Assembly: GCA_965249725.1 (NCBI GenBank)
Contig: CBDFMQ010000001.1
Span: 192,001 to 256,000, forward strand
Reading direction: 5' to 3'
Length of the DNA stretch: 64,000 nt
From: Longimicrobiales bacterium
Lineage (GTDB): Bacteria; Gemmatimonadota; Gemmatimonadetes; Longimicrobiales; Gaopeijiaceae
Part shown: positions 10,122 through 19,688 of the stretch, piece after piece
How positions within the stretch are numbered: position 1 is the stretch's first letter
How the letters are laid out: every line of letters starts with the position of its first letter
Translations under genes and position numbers: made by a program
Notes under the pieces: generated by a model
Databases searched by the model: none
Told to the model about the DNA's origin: nothing
The model's input: only the letters and a program-made list of their open reading frames with translations

Positions 10122-11456
10122 ATGAATACGAGCAAAAAGACGACACTCACGGCAGCTTTGGCCGGACTGGCCCTGGTTGTGGCGAGTGCCGCTCTCGGTG
10201 CGCAGGAGAACGCCGAGAAGCGTGGTAGCGACAACATCGAGGTCGTGGCTCACGTCCCCATGGGGGCCGAGGGCAGCGTATCGGACATCGAGATCTCTCA
10301 GGACATGGATCGCCCTTATGTCTTCCTCGGACGAGAGGTGTTCGGGGATATAAGCGGCATGGATCGTGGTATCGACGTGATCGACATCCATGATCCGGAG
10401 AATCCCGAAGTCTTGGTGCAGTGGAGGATCGAGGACTCCGAGCTCCATATGGGGGCCGGCGGGAAGGACCTGAAGGAGTTCAAGTGGAACGACCGTTATT
10501 ACGTGGTCCTCTCCACTCAGTTCTCGCAGGGGGGGCCCGATTACGATCTCGGCGCCATCATCTTCGACGTCACGGGGCTTCCGGATGCCTCGACGTTCCG
10601 TGAAGTGGCTCGCATCCAGGGTCCCCAGGAACTCGGCGGATTCCACAACATCTTCGTCTACAAGCACAGCAATGGCCGGGTCCTGCTCTTCACGACCACG
10701 AGCACGCCGTTTTCTCACGTGTACGACTTGGGCTACGTCGTAGAGGGACGGGGCGACGAGGCGCTGGTGGCGCGCGTGCCCGTTCCGGGGCCGGACGCCC
10801 GTAGTTACCACGACTTCTACACGGGCTTCCACGCTGACACCGAGCAGGATCGCTTCTATGGTGGCGGCACGGGCGGCTATTACGTCTATAACGTTACGGA
10901 CCTGGAGAATCCCGAGCTTCTGGTGAGCCTCACGGGGATCAACGGCGTTACGGGCGGCCATACCTTTACGCCTTCGGCCGACGGACGGTACGTCGTGGCC
11001 GAGACCGAGTACCAGTACGCGCCGCTGCGGATCTTCGACCTGAAGCCTGGGCTGGACGGAGAGGTGGCGAACATCAACCGACCCATCTCGGCCTGGACTG
11101 CCAATTGGGAGCACCTGGTGCACAACCATGAGGTGCGTTGGCCTTTCGTGTTCGTCTCGGGATACTGGGATGGCCTGCAGGTGTTCAGCCTCCAGGATCC
11201 CAAGAATCCCAAGACGATCGCCCACTACGATACCTTCCTCGAGCACAGTGAGAGCTCGATCATGAACGGCGCGTGGGGAGTGGACGTGCGCAATGCCGAC
11301 GGCCTGATCGTGATTTCCGACATGGCCACGGGCTTTTGGGCCTTCAGAATGCAGGGGTTCAGCGGCTGGAATGGCCTGGATTGGGGACAGCCGAACATCT
11401 CGAGCCAGCAGGACTGGGAGAATGGGCCTGCGGTTCAGGCACGCTCCCGTAACTAG
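10122..11456 (+). CDS. Secreted LVIVD-repeat beta-propeller protein, paralog 2
   Basis: Collinear homolog of 8734..10077; Sec signal; GAGGTG RBS. Confidence 0.85.
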   Translation: MNTSKKTTLTAALAGLALVVASAALGAQENAEKRGSDNIEVVAHVPMGAEGSVSDIEISQDMDRPYVFLGREVFGDISGMDRGIDVIDIHDPENPEVLVQWRIEDSELHMGAGGKDLKEFKWNDRYYVVLSTQFSQGGPDYDLGAIIFDVTGLPDASTFREVARIQGPQELGGFHNIFVYKHSNGRVLLFTTTSTPFSHVYDLGYVVEGRGDEALVARVPVPGPDARSYHDFYTGFHADTEQDRFYGGGTGGYYVYNVTDLENPELLVSLTGINGVTGGHTFTPSADGRYVVAETEYQYAPLRIFDLKPGLDGEVANINRPISAWTANWEHLVHNHEVRWPFVFVSGYWDGLQVFSLQDPKNPKTIAHYDTFLEHSESSIMNGAWGVDVRNADGLIVISDMATGFWAFRMQGFSGWNGLDWGQPNISSQQDWENGPAVQARSRN

Positions 11457-11575
11457 GCAGGCCCGTTCGCGTAACTAGTATCAGCGATGCCCTTGGAGGA
11501 CCGGCGTGAGACTGCACCGGCCCTCCATCGGGCAACTTGTGAGGATCTTAGCGCGAAAACTGTGAAATCCTTTAC

Positions 11576-11605
11576 TTGACAGACCAGACGAGGCTGTTCT
11601 ATATA
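11576..11605 (+). promoter_or_regulatory. Putative sigma70 promoter for the OMP-susC-susD unit
   Basis: Perfect TTGACA at 11576-11581; CTATATA 17-18 nt downstream; AT-rich context. Confidence 0.55.
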
Positions 11606-11692
11606 CCCGTTACGATTATTTTCACCGAAGGCTGCATCGAGGATCGGCGCGTCCTACGTCCGACCCGTGGTCAGCCATTGAACGCGAGGGCG

Positions 11693-12346
11693 ATGTCCAT
11701 GATACAACTTCGTTCGCTTTTCTTCACGGCCTTGCTCGGCTTTATGCTGGCCACGCCGGCATCGTCGCAGTCTACTGACGTGGTCGGGCAGCTGTCGCTG
11801 CACTTGCAGGGAGGACTTACGTCCGACCCGGTTGGGTTTGATGCCTTCCGGGAGACCACGTTTGGGTCCGCTACCGCCATCGGCGGCGGATTCACCTACG
11901 TGATCTACGAGAACGTTGCCGTACGCGGCGACTTCCATTACGCACCGAAGACCGGGCGCGAAGAGTGCTGCTCGGCTCGGGCTCTCGGCGACGGACTGGG
12001 CGTCACGGTGCCTGCCAACCCGGGGGCTGTCTCTGAGGACGTCGACTTCAACCGAAAGTACTTCGGCGCGAGTGTCCTCATCCGATTCCCGATGTCCGCA
12101 GCCGTTCCGTACCTCAAGCTCGGCGGTGGTTTCATCGACATCAAGCGCGATGCGCCGACGTATCAGTATGACTTCGCGGAGTTCGGTGCCCAGCTCGGCG
12201 CCGGCGTCTCGTTGCCGCTCGGTGACTCGGGTGCGGCGTTCTTTGCCGACGTTGTCGAGTGGATCTATGCGCGCACCGGTACGGGCGAGGGCAATCAGTA
12301 TGACACCCTCGTCAGCGCTGGGCTCTCGTACGCGTTCATCCGCTAG
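11693..12346 (+). CDS. Outer-membrane beta-barrel protein (OmpA/OMP_b-brl-like)
   Basis: Signal peptide; alternating strands PYLKLGGG, GAQLGAGV; terminal GLSYAF. Confidence 0.78.
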   Translation: MSMIQLRSLFFTALLGFMLATPASSQSTDVVGQLSLHLQGGLTSDPVGFDAFRETTFGSATAIGGGFTYVIYENVAVRGDFHYAPKTGREECCSARALGDGLGVTVPANPGAVSEDVDFNRKYFGASVLIRFPMSAAVPYLKLGGGFIDIKRDAPTYQYDFAEFGAQLGAGVSLPLGDSGAAFFADVVEWIYARTGTGEGNQYDTLVSAGLSYAFIR

Positions 12347-12362
12347 ACGGATCTCCGAATGG

Positions 12363-12395
12363 TCGGACCTGGACGCTCGGCGCGTCCGGGTCCGA
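12363..12395 (+). other. 14-bp intergenic hairpin between OMP and susC
   Basis: TCGGACCTGGACGC-tcggc-GCGTCCGGGTCCGA; no adjacent U-tract. Confidence 0.7.
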
Positions 12396-12445
12396 GCAGT
12401 ACATTCAGCTTCTCGCCGATTACCTTTTTTAGGGGGGTAAGTACG

Positions 12446-15400
12446 ATGGACCGATTGCTACGGAAGACGTACTCTATCGTTCTGGTCGCACTGTTGTTGG
12501 GGCCCTTGGGCTTCAGCGCGGCGGCACAGACGAACGTAGCGGGGACAGTGGTCTCCGGTACAGGGCAGCCGCTCGCGGGCGTGCAGATCTCGATTCCCAA
12601 TCTACAGATGGGAACGCTGACCAACTCCGACGGGCGTTTCGTGATTCAGAACGTACCCAACGGTGCGCAGATCATGCGTGCGGAGTTGATCGGGTATGAG
12701 GCTCAGCAGCGTCGTGTAGACGTTCAGGGCACGACGGTCACGGAAAACTACACACTCATCGAGACGGCCGTTGAGCTCGAGGGCCTGGTTGTAACGGCTC
12801 TCGGCATCAGCCGTGACGAGCGAGCGTTGGGTTACGCGGTGCAGGACATTCAGGGCGACGACATTGCCGATTCGGGCGTGTCGACGAACCTGGTGACCGC
12901 ACTGTCCGGTAAGGTTTCCGGCGTGTTGATCAAGAACCAGGGCGCCATGGGCGGCCGTTCAGACATCACGATCCGCGGGCTCGCGTCGATCGCCGGTAAC
13001 AACCAGCCACTGTTCGTAGTGGACGGTGTGCCGATCGACAACGGGACCGACTTCTACGAGTCGAGTATCAACCGTGTGGACTACGGCAACGCGGCACAGG
13101 ACCTGAACCCTGACGACATCGAGTCGATCTCGGTGCTCAAGGGTGCGAACGCTGCGGCGCTTTATGGTTCCCGAGCCTCGAACGGCGTGATCCTGATCAC
13201 GACGAAGAAGGGCGCGGGGGCCGACGGCCGGTTGGAGATCACGGCGAGTGCTGAAGCGTCGTTCGCCACGTCTACGATCTCGCCTCGCTGGCAGAACGTG
13301 TACGGCGGCGGCGACCGTGAAGAGAACTTCGAGTTCAAGGACGGAGCCGGTGGTGGCGTCGGTGACTACATCGACGAGAGCTGGGGCCCGCCGATGAACG
13401 GGCAGCTGTACAACCAGTGGACCGCCGATCCGACGGATGCGGACGGTATCGCGCTGCGTCCTTGGCTGCCGGTCGCATACTCGACGCGTGACCTGTTCGA
13501 GACGGGCATCAACATGACCGAGCACTTCTCGGTAGCGGGAAGCTCTGGCGAGGCGAACGGCCGTCTGTCGGCCACGCAGGTCAACGCGGACGGACAATCG
13601 CCCGGACACGAGATTGACCGCACGCAGTTGTCGATCGCCGCGGGCGTGACGCCGATTCCGAGCCTTCGGGTTCAGGGTTCTGCGAGCTACGTGAAGAGCG
13701 GTGGTACGAACCGTCCTCTGAACGATGGTGGGTCGCTGAACTCGGCGACGTACCAGTATCTGTGGTGGCAGCGCACGAATGAGACGCAGATGCTCAAGCG
13801 TGCGTACGACCTGTGGCTGGAAAAGGGCAGTGAGTTCGGCCCGGATCACCCCGGAAGCGGCCTGCCGCGCAACTGGAACCACAACTATTGGGACAACATC
13901 TACTACGTGCTGGCCGAAGCCGGGAACAGGGACACGCGTGACCGCTTCATCGGCAACGTCGATTTGGACTACTCGTTCAGCGACGCAGTCTCGATCTCGG
14001 CCCGTGTAGGTACGGACTGGTACGAGCACCGTCGTAAGAACGTGTTCCCGATGTTCAGTCACGACTACAAGTTCGGCGCGTTCATCGACCAGTCGATCTT
14101 CCGTCAGGAGACGAACTTTGACGTCGTGCTGACCGCCCAGGGTGACCTGAGCGACGACTTCAACGTGGCGGTGCGTGGTGGCGTGAACCGTCGTGCGAAC
14201 GACACGAACCGTCACTCGGTCGAGACAGAGCGTCTGATCGTACCCGGGCTCTACACGCCGCAGAACTCCGCGGTACCGCCCACGGTCGACAACTGGATCA
14301 CCGAGAAGCGCGTATACAGCGCCTATGGCCTGGGCTCGCTCTCGTTCCGCAACTACGCCTTCGTCGACGTGACGGCCCGCAACGACTGGTCGTCGAGTCT
14401 TCCCGAGGGCAACAACTCCTACTTCTACCCGTCGGTGTCGGCCAGCTTGGTTCTGTCTGACGCGTTCCAGTGGGACGGCGGCGTCTTCGACTACGCGAAG
14501 GTCCGTGCTAGCTGGGCCGAGGTCGGCAGTGACGCCGATCCTTATCAGACCAGCGCCGTGATGACTCAGCTGCAGACCTTCCAGGGTTCGCCTGGGTTCA
14601 TCCCGAGCAACGATCTTCCGGCTCTCGCCTTGAGGCCTGAGATCACGACGTCGTGGGAAGTCGGAGCCGACGTACGGTTCGCGGACAACCGGGCGACGAT
14701 GGACCTGACGTACTACAACACGAAGACGCGGGACCAGATCTTGTCGGTCCCGATCTCGACCACGAGTGGGTTCGCGAACCAGATCATCAACGCGGGCGAG
14801 GTGAAGAACGCCGGTATCGAGGCTCTTCTCACGACCGAGATCATGAGGGGCACTGGCCTGCAGTGGGACATGACGCTGAACTGGGCGCGCAACCGCAGTG
14901 AGGTGCTCGCACTTCACGAGTCGCTCGACCGCATCGTGCTGGGCAACTACGCGGTCACGTACGAGGCTCGTATCGGTGAGCCCTACGGCGTGCTCTACGG
15001 TGACGACTTCAAGCGCGATGCGAACGGCACGCCGGTCGTGACCAGCAACGGCTACCCGGCGCGTTCAGCGACGAAGCAGCCGCTGTGTCCTGGTGGGTCG
15101 GACGGCGCCGTGTGTAAGGACGGCGAACGTGCGACGAGTGAGCCGGACTGGATCGGCGGAGTCCGCAACGATTTCCGCTTCGGTCTGATGCAGCTCAGCT
15201 TCCTGCTGGACGTCCGCTGGGGCGGCGTCTTCTACTGCGGTACCTGCAGCTTGGGCCACCGCGATGGTCTCACGTACGAGAGCGCACACTACGGTGGGCG
15301 TCTGGACGGCGTGACGGTCGACGAGCACTGGAACTTCAGTGGCCGTCGGACGGACGTGGTGGGTGTGAACCTGCTGGGCGTGAAGGAAGACGGATCGGCC

Positions 15401-15730
15401 AACGACATCTACGTCGACGGCAAGATCTTCTGGAATCAGTTCCGTGGTGCGGAGTCTCCGCATGTTCAGCGGGCGACGTTCGGCAAGCTGCGCGAGGTCA
15501 AGCTGAGCTTCGACCTCACGCCGAACGTGCTTGAGAAGCTTCCATTCTCGACGGGCCGGATCACGTTGGTGGGTCGCAACCTGAAGACCTTCTGTGGCTC
15601 GCTGGCTTGCAAGAACATCGACCCCGAGTCTGATGGTGTGGCGTTCGCCGACAACCACGCACGTGGCGTGGAGTACCTGTCGGCTCCGTCGGACCGGACG
15701 TTCGGCATCAACTTCACCGTGACCAGGTAA
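12446..15730 (+). CDS. susC: SusC/RagA-family TonB-dependent outer-membrane transporter
   Basis: CarboxypepD_reg-like N-terminus; VVTALG; IRG; PLFVVDGVP; DIESISVLKGANAAALYGSRASNGVILITTK. Confidence 0.96.
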   Translation: MDRLLRKTYSIVLVALLLGPLGFSAAAQTNVAGTVVSGTGQPLAGVQISIPNLQMGTLTNSDGRFVIQNVPNGAQIMRAELIGYEAQQRRVDVQGTTVTENYTLIETAVELEGLVVTALGISRDERALGYAVQDIQGDDIADSGVSTNLVTALSGKVSGVLIKNQGAMGGRSDITIRGLASIAGNNQPLFVVDGVPIDNGTDFYESSINRVDYGNAAQDLNPDDIESISVLKGANAAALYGSRASNGVILITTKKGAGADGRLEITASAEASFATSTISPRWQNVYGGGDREENFEFKDGAGGGVGDYIDESWGPPMNGQLYNQWTADPTDADGIALRPWLPVAYSTRDLFETGINMTEHFSVAGSSGEANGRLSATQVNADGQSPGHEIDRTQLSIAAGVTPIPSLRVQGSASYVKSGGTNRPLNDGGSLNSATYQYLWWQRTNETQMLKRAYDLWLEKGSEFGPDHPGSGLPRNWNHNYWDNIYYVLAEAGNRDTRDRFIGNVDLDYSFSDAVSISARVGTDWYEHRRKNVFPMFSHDYKFGAFIDQSIFRQETNFDVVLTAQGDLSDDFNVAVRGGVNRRANDTNRHSVETERLIVPGLYTPQNSAVPPTVDNWITEKRVYSAYGLGSLSFRNYAFVDVTARNDWSSSLPEGNNSYFYPSVSASLVLSDAFQWDGGVFDYAKVRASWAEVGSDADPYQTSAVMTQLQTFQGSPGFIPSNDLPALALRPEITTSWEVGADVRFADNRATMDLTYYNTKTRDQILSVPISTTSGFANQIINAGEVKNAGIEALLTTEIMRGTGLQWDMTLNWARNRSEVLALHESLDRIVLGNYAVTYEARIGEPYGVLYGDDFKRDANGTPVVTSNGYPARSATKQPLCPGGSDGAVCKDGERATSEPDWIGGVRNDFRFGLMQLSFLLDVRWGGVFYCGTCSLGHRDGLTYESAHYGGRLDGVTVDEHWNFSGRRTDVVGVNLLGVKEDGSANDIYVDGKIFWNQFRGAESPHVQRATFGKLREVKLSFDLTPNVLEKLPFSTGRITLVGRNLKTFCGSLACKNIDPESDGVAFADNHARGVEYLSAPSDRTFGINFTVTR

Positions 15731-15746
15731 GGGAAAGGAGACCAAG

Positions 15747-17339
15747 ATGCGAAACTTGAAGATGAGATCGCTTATCGTCCTCCTGACCGTTGCCATTCTT
15801 GGCACGGCGGGGTGTGACGAACTGAGTAACCTGACGGATATCAATGAAAACCCTAACGCCCCGACGTCACTGTCGCCGGAGTTCCTACTCCCGTCATTGA
15901 TCCGGGGTCTGGCGGACAAGCTGGTCGGTGAGAACAACATCGACCTGCCTCGGGTCTCCCTGTTCGTGCAGCACTTCGCTCGCATCCAGTACGCGAGCAC
16001 GGATCGTTACGATCTGGGCACGGACTTCGGATCCTGCTGCTGGAACGATTTCTTCACGCTGAGTGGCGATCCGCCGAACGGCGTGTTCGTCCTGGCCCAA
16101 AACGTGCTGAATGGTGCCATTGAGGTGGGTGATGCGAATCAAACGGCGGTGGCCAAGATCCTGAAGGCCTACGCCGTCCACAACCTGGTCGACCTGTACG
16201 GCGACGCGCCCTATTTCGACGCCGTCAAGGGCGGCGCGGAAGAGGCCATCATCAGGCCGGCCTACGATGCGCAGAGCGCGATCTACGACGACATGTTAGC
16301 AGAGCTCACCGCAGCGTCCAGCATGATCAACACGGGCGCTTCCGGGTTCCCCGGCGGTGACCTGATGTACAGCGGCGACATGGACAAGTGGCGCCGGTTC
16401 GCCAACTCGCTCAGGCTGCGGTTGGCCATGCGCATGTCCGAGGCAAACCCGGGCAAGGCTCAGACCGAGGCAGCGGCTGCGGTAGCGGCCGGGGTCATGG
16501 AAGATGCCTCGCACTCGGCGGCCCTCTGGTACTCGGCGGCAGCGCCGGACCAGAACCCCATGTGGGTCGGGTTCGTCGAGCGTCCGGGTGACTATCGCCC
16601 GGCGAAGTACTTCATCGACGAGATGCTCGTTCGTGACGATCCGCGTGTCCGCCTCCATGCGGACGCGGCCGTCGACGCATTGCCCGAATTGGTTTACCGT
16701 GGCATGCCGAACGGACTTAACGACGACCGTGGCTTCGACGATGCCGACGAGCGGGACTTCGACTTCGTCTCGGTGGTCGGTGCCTGGCACTTGAGGCCCG
16801 ACGCTCCTGCGTTCTTCATGGAGTACGCGGAGACGCTGCTTCTGCAGGCCGAGGCGGCTGATCGCGGTTGGATCGGCGGAAGCGCCCAGGACCTCTACGA
16901 GGCAGGCATCACCGCTGCGATGATGGTCTACGCCGACGGTACGGCTGCGGACGCGGGTGCGTTCGTTACGCCTGCCGTGCCTGGCATCACTCAGGCCGAG
17001 ATCGACGCGTATCTGGCCGGGCCGATGGTGGCCTGGGACGGCGGTGGTATTGGCGGCGAGAGCAACCGGTCGCTGATCTACCGGGCGTACTGGTTCCAGC
17101 TCTGGGATCAGGGCATCGAGGCGTACAGCAAGTATCGGCGCACCAACGTGCCGCACCTCATTCCTGGCACCGATGCGTTCAACGCGTTAGTGCCCGTGCG
17201 CTTTCCGTATCCGCGGAGTGAGCAGACGTTCAACGAGACCAACGTTCTCTCAGCCATCTCCGCCAATGGCGGAGACGATGCGTGGGACAGTAGAGTCTGG
17301 TGGGACGTTTCGGACCAAGCTTCCGGTCCGGGTAACTAG
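15747..17339 (+). CDS. susD: SusD/RagB-family surface lipoprotein
   Basis: Lipobox TAGC; INENPN; DLYGDAPY; KWRRFANSLRLR; RFPYP; VWWD. Confidence 0.95.
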   Translation: MRNLKMRSLIVLLTVAILGTAGCDELSNLTDINENPNAPTSLSPEFLLPSLIRGLADKLVGENNIDLPRVSLFVQHFARIQYASTDRYDLGTDFGSCCWNDFFTLSGDPPNGVFVLAQNVLNGAIEVGDANQTAVAKILKAYAVHNLVDLYGDAPYFDAVKGGAEEAIIRPAYDAQSAIYDDMLAELTAASSMINTGASGFPGGDLMYSGDMDKWRRFANSLRLRLAMRMSEANPGKAQTEAAAAVAAGVMEDASHSAALWYSAAAPDQNPMWVGFVERPGDYRPAKYFIDEMLVRDDPRVRLHADAAVDALPELVYRGMPNGLNDDRGFDDADERDFDFVSVVGAWHLRPDAPAFFMEYAETLLLQAEAADRGWIGGSAQDLYEAGITAAMMVYADGTAADAGAFVTPAVPGITQAEIDAYLAGPMVAWDGGGIGGESNRSLIYRAYWFQLWDQGIEAYSKYRRTNVPHLIPGTDAFNALVPVRFPYPRSEQTFNETNVLSAISANGGDDAWDSRVWWDVSDQASGPGN

Positions 17340-17357
17340 ACTCTAGTCTAGAGCTTT

Positions 17358-17399
17358 ACCCCGCGCCTCCTGCCTCACGGCAGGGGGCGCGGGTTTTTT
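17358..17399 (+). terminator. Intrinsic terminator after susD
   Basis: CCCGCGCCTCCTGCC-tcac-GGCAGGGGGCGCGGG followed by T6. Confidence 0.9.
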
Positions 17400-17528
17400 G
17401 TGGGTACACGCCAGAGGCGTTGGTCTTTCATGGAGTGGGACGTTAAGATGCCCCGCGGCCTTTCAGAGGCTCGAGCGCTTTCAACCGGCGGACACTCCCG
17501 CCCACGTCCGCATCCTATGAGGTGATCC

Positions 17529-18848
17529 ATGAGAATCCACACAGCTGGACTGCTTGCCGCTACGCTGGCAGGTGCGAACCTCCTTCTAGTGAGTCCCGCC
17601 ACGGCTCAGGAGGACAGTGAGAGTCGTGGGAGCGACAACATCGAGGTGGTGGCTCACCTCCCGTTGGGCGAGAGGGTGTCGGACATCGAGGTCGAGCAGG
17701 ACATGAACCGTCCTTACGTCTATGTGGCCCGCGAGGGGCGCGGACTCGACATCATCGACATCGCCGATCCCTATGACGCCAAGGTCATTCTTCGGTGGAG
17801 TTTCGAAGACATGGACGTGCACATCGGGTCCGCGGGCAAGGACATCAAGATCTTCGAGTACAACGGGCGTAACTACGTCGTCCACTCCGTACAGTTCCGC
17901 CAGGGTGGCCCGGACAATGATCTGGGCGCCGTCATCTTCGACGCCACCGATCTTCCGGACGTTTCGACGTTCAGGGAAGTGGGTCGGATCCAGGGGCCCG
18001 GTGAGGTCGGTGGATTCCACAACATCTTCGTCTACCGGCACAGCAATGGCCGTCCCCTCCTCTTCACCACGGTGGGTGGGCCTTTTGCCAACGTCTACGA
18101 CCTGGGATACGTGGTCGATGGGCGTACCGACGATGCATTGGTGGCTCAGGTCCCTGTGCCCCAAGGCCAGACACCGGGCCGGGTCGGCGCCGCCGGCTAT
18201 CATGACTTCTATACCGGCTACGACGCTGACAGCGAGCAGGACCGCTTCTACGGCGGTGGCACCGGTGGCTACTACGTGTACAACGTCACCGATCTGGAGA
18301 ACCCCGAGCTGCTGGTCAGCTTGACCGGGATCAACGGCGTCCGGCGTGGACACACCTTCACGCCGTCCCCTGATGGCCGCTACGTCATCGCGGAGACCGA
18401 GTACCAGTACGCTCCGCTTCGGATCTTCGACCTGAAGCCGGGTCTGGATGGCGAGGTGGCGAACATCAACCGGCCCATCTCGGCGTGGACGGCGAACTGG
18501 GAGCATCTGTCGCACAACCATGAGGTGCGCTGGCCGTACGTGTTCGTATCGGGCTATGTGGACGGACTGCAGATCTTCACGTTGTCCGATCCCGCGCATC
18601 CGAAGACGATCGCGCATTACGACACGTACCTCGAGCCAGAAGACGCCGGTGTCATGAACGGCTCCTGGGGCGTAGACGTGCGCAACGAAGACGGGCTGAT
18701 CGTGATGTCCGACATCCAGACGGGTTTCTGGGCCTTCAAGATGGAGGGCTTCGCCGGCTGGAACGGACTGGATTGGGGCGTGCCGAACATCTCCAGCGTT
18801 CAGGACTGGGAGAACGGACCGGCCGTGCAGGCGCGGACGCGCAACTAG
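17529..18848 (+). CDS. Secreted LVIVD-repeat beta-propeller protein, paralog 3
   Basis: Collinear homolog of paralogs 1 and 2; same His motifs; GAGGTG RBS. Confidence 0.85.
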   Translation: MRIHTAGLLAATLAGANLLLVSPATAQEDSESRGSDNIEVVAHLPLGERVSDIEVEQDMNRPYVYVAREGRGLDIIDIADPYDAKVILRWSFEDMDVHIGSAGKDIKIFEYNGRNYVVHSVQFRQGGPDNDLGAVIFDATDLPDVSTFREVGRIQGPGEVGGFHNIFVYRHSNGRPLLFTTVGGPFANVYDLGYVVDGRTDDALVAQVPVPQGQTPGRVGAAGYHDFYTGYDADSEQDRFYGGGTGGYYVYNVTDLENPELLVSLTGINGVRRGHTFTPSPDGRYVIAETEYQYAPLRIFDLKPGLDGEVANINRPISAWTANWEHLSHNHEVRWPYVFVSGYVDGLQIFTLSDPAHPKTIAHYDTYLEPEDAGVMNGSWGVDVRNEDGLIVMSDIQTGFWAFKMEGFAGWNGLDWGVPNISSVQDWENGPAVQARTRN

Positions 18849-18880
18849 AAGCACCGTCTATGCGTTCCTCCGGTTGATTG

Positions 18881-18914
18881 GAAGGGCTGGTGGGGTTTTC
18901 CTCACCAGCCCTTC
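18881..18914 (+). other. 15-bp hairpin just upstream of pnuC
   Basis: GAAGGGCTGGTGGGG-tttt-CCTCACCAGCCCTTC. Confidence 0.7.
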
Positions 18915-18927
18915 GACTTCCCAGCCC

Positions 18928-19641
18928 ATGAACTCATCGGCCCTCAGCTTTCTCGGAACCCCCGCCCACCGCCGTGAGGCGGGAAGGGTTTTCCTCGCCG
19001 CCCTGGTCATAACGGCTGCCTTGGCGTTGCTGACGGCCAGGCTCGCGCGCGGTCCATCCTGGCTCGAATTGGTCGGGACCTCCACCGGGCTCTGCAATGT
19101 GTGGCTGCTTCGCAAACAGAACATCGTGGCTTGGCCGTTCGGGATCGTGAGTGTCACCGCGGTGGGCCTGGTCTTCTACCGCCTGGGCCTCATGGGCCAG
19201 GCCTGGCTGCACCTATTCTACTTTCTTCCCATCAACTGGTGGGCCTGGTATCACTGGGTGCGCGGAGGGGAGCATCGGACGGAGCTGCACGTCAGTTGGA
19301 CGCACTGGAAGGAGTGGCTCTTCTACGTGCCATTGTTCCTGGTTGCCACCTACCTCGTGGCGAGCTTCTTCGATCGCGTCTACGACCGGGCCGTCTTCGT
19401 CTATTGGGATGCGACGATCGTGGCTGCGAGCGTGATCGCACAGTGGCTCTTGAGCCGCAAGAAGATCGAGAGCTGGGTCCTTTGGGTCGGGCCGGTGGAC
19501 GCGTCGGCGATCCTCCTTTTCTCGCTTACCGGAGCGTATATGTTCAGCGCCCTGTACATTGTGTTCCTCTTGAATGCGTCCGCGGCGATATACGAATGGC
19601 GAGCGGATTGGAATCGGAGGGCGGCGCCTTCCACGGCCTGA
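18928..19641 (+). CDS. pnuC: PnuC-family vitamin/nicotinamide riboside transporter
   Basis: LELVG, NIVAWPFG, YWDA, AQWLLSRKKIESW motifs. Confidence 0.88.
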   Translation: MNSSALSFLGTPAHRREAGRVFLAALVITAALALLTARLARGPSWLELVGTSTGLCNVWLLRKQNIVAWPFGIVSVTAVGLVFYRLGLMGQAWLHLFYFLPINWWAWYHWVRGGEHRTELHVSWTHWKEWLFYVPLFLVATYLVASFFDRVYDRAVFVYWDATIVAASVIAQWLLSRKKIESWVLWVGPVDASAILLFSLTGAYMFSALYIVFLLNASAAIYEWRADWNRRAAPSTA

Positions 19642-19688
19642 TCCCACACCAAGATCCCGCACCATCTACCCGGTCTCACGGAGTATGC

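Noticed and set aside
15230..15262. Heme c motif in SusC
   Set aside because: The sequence is CGTCSLGH, not CxxCH
8734..18848. LVIVD paralogs as a DGR target/template set
   Set aside because: No reverse transcriptase in the window; differences are mostly synonymous and do not look adenine-specific
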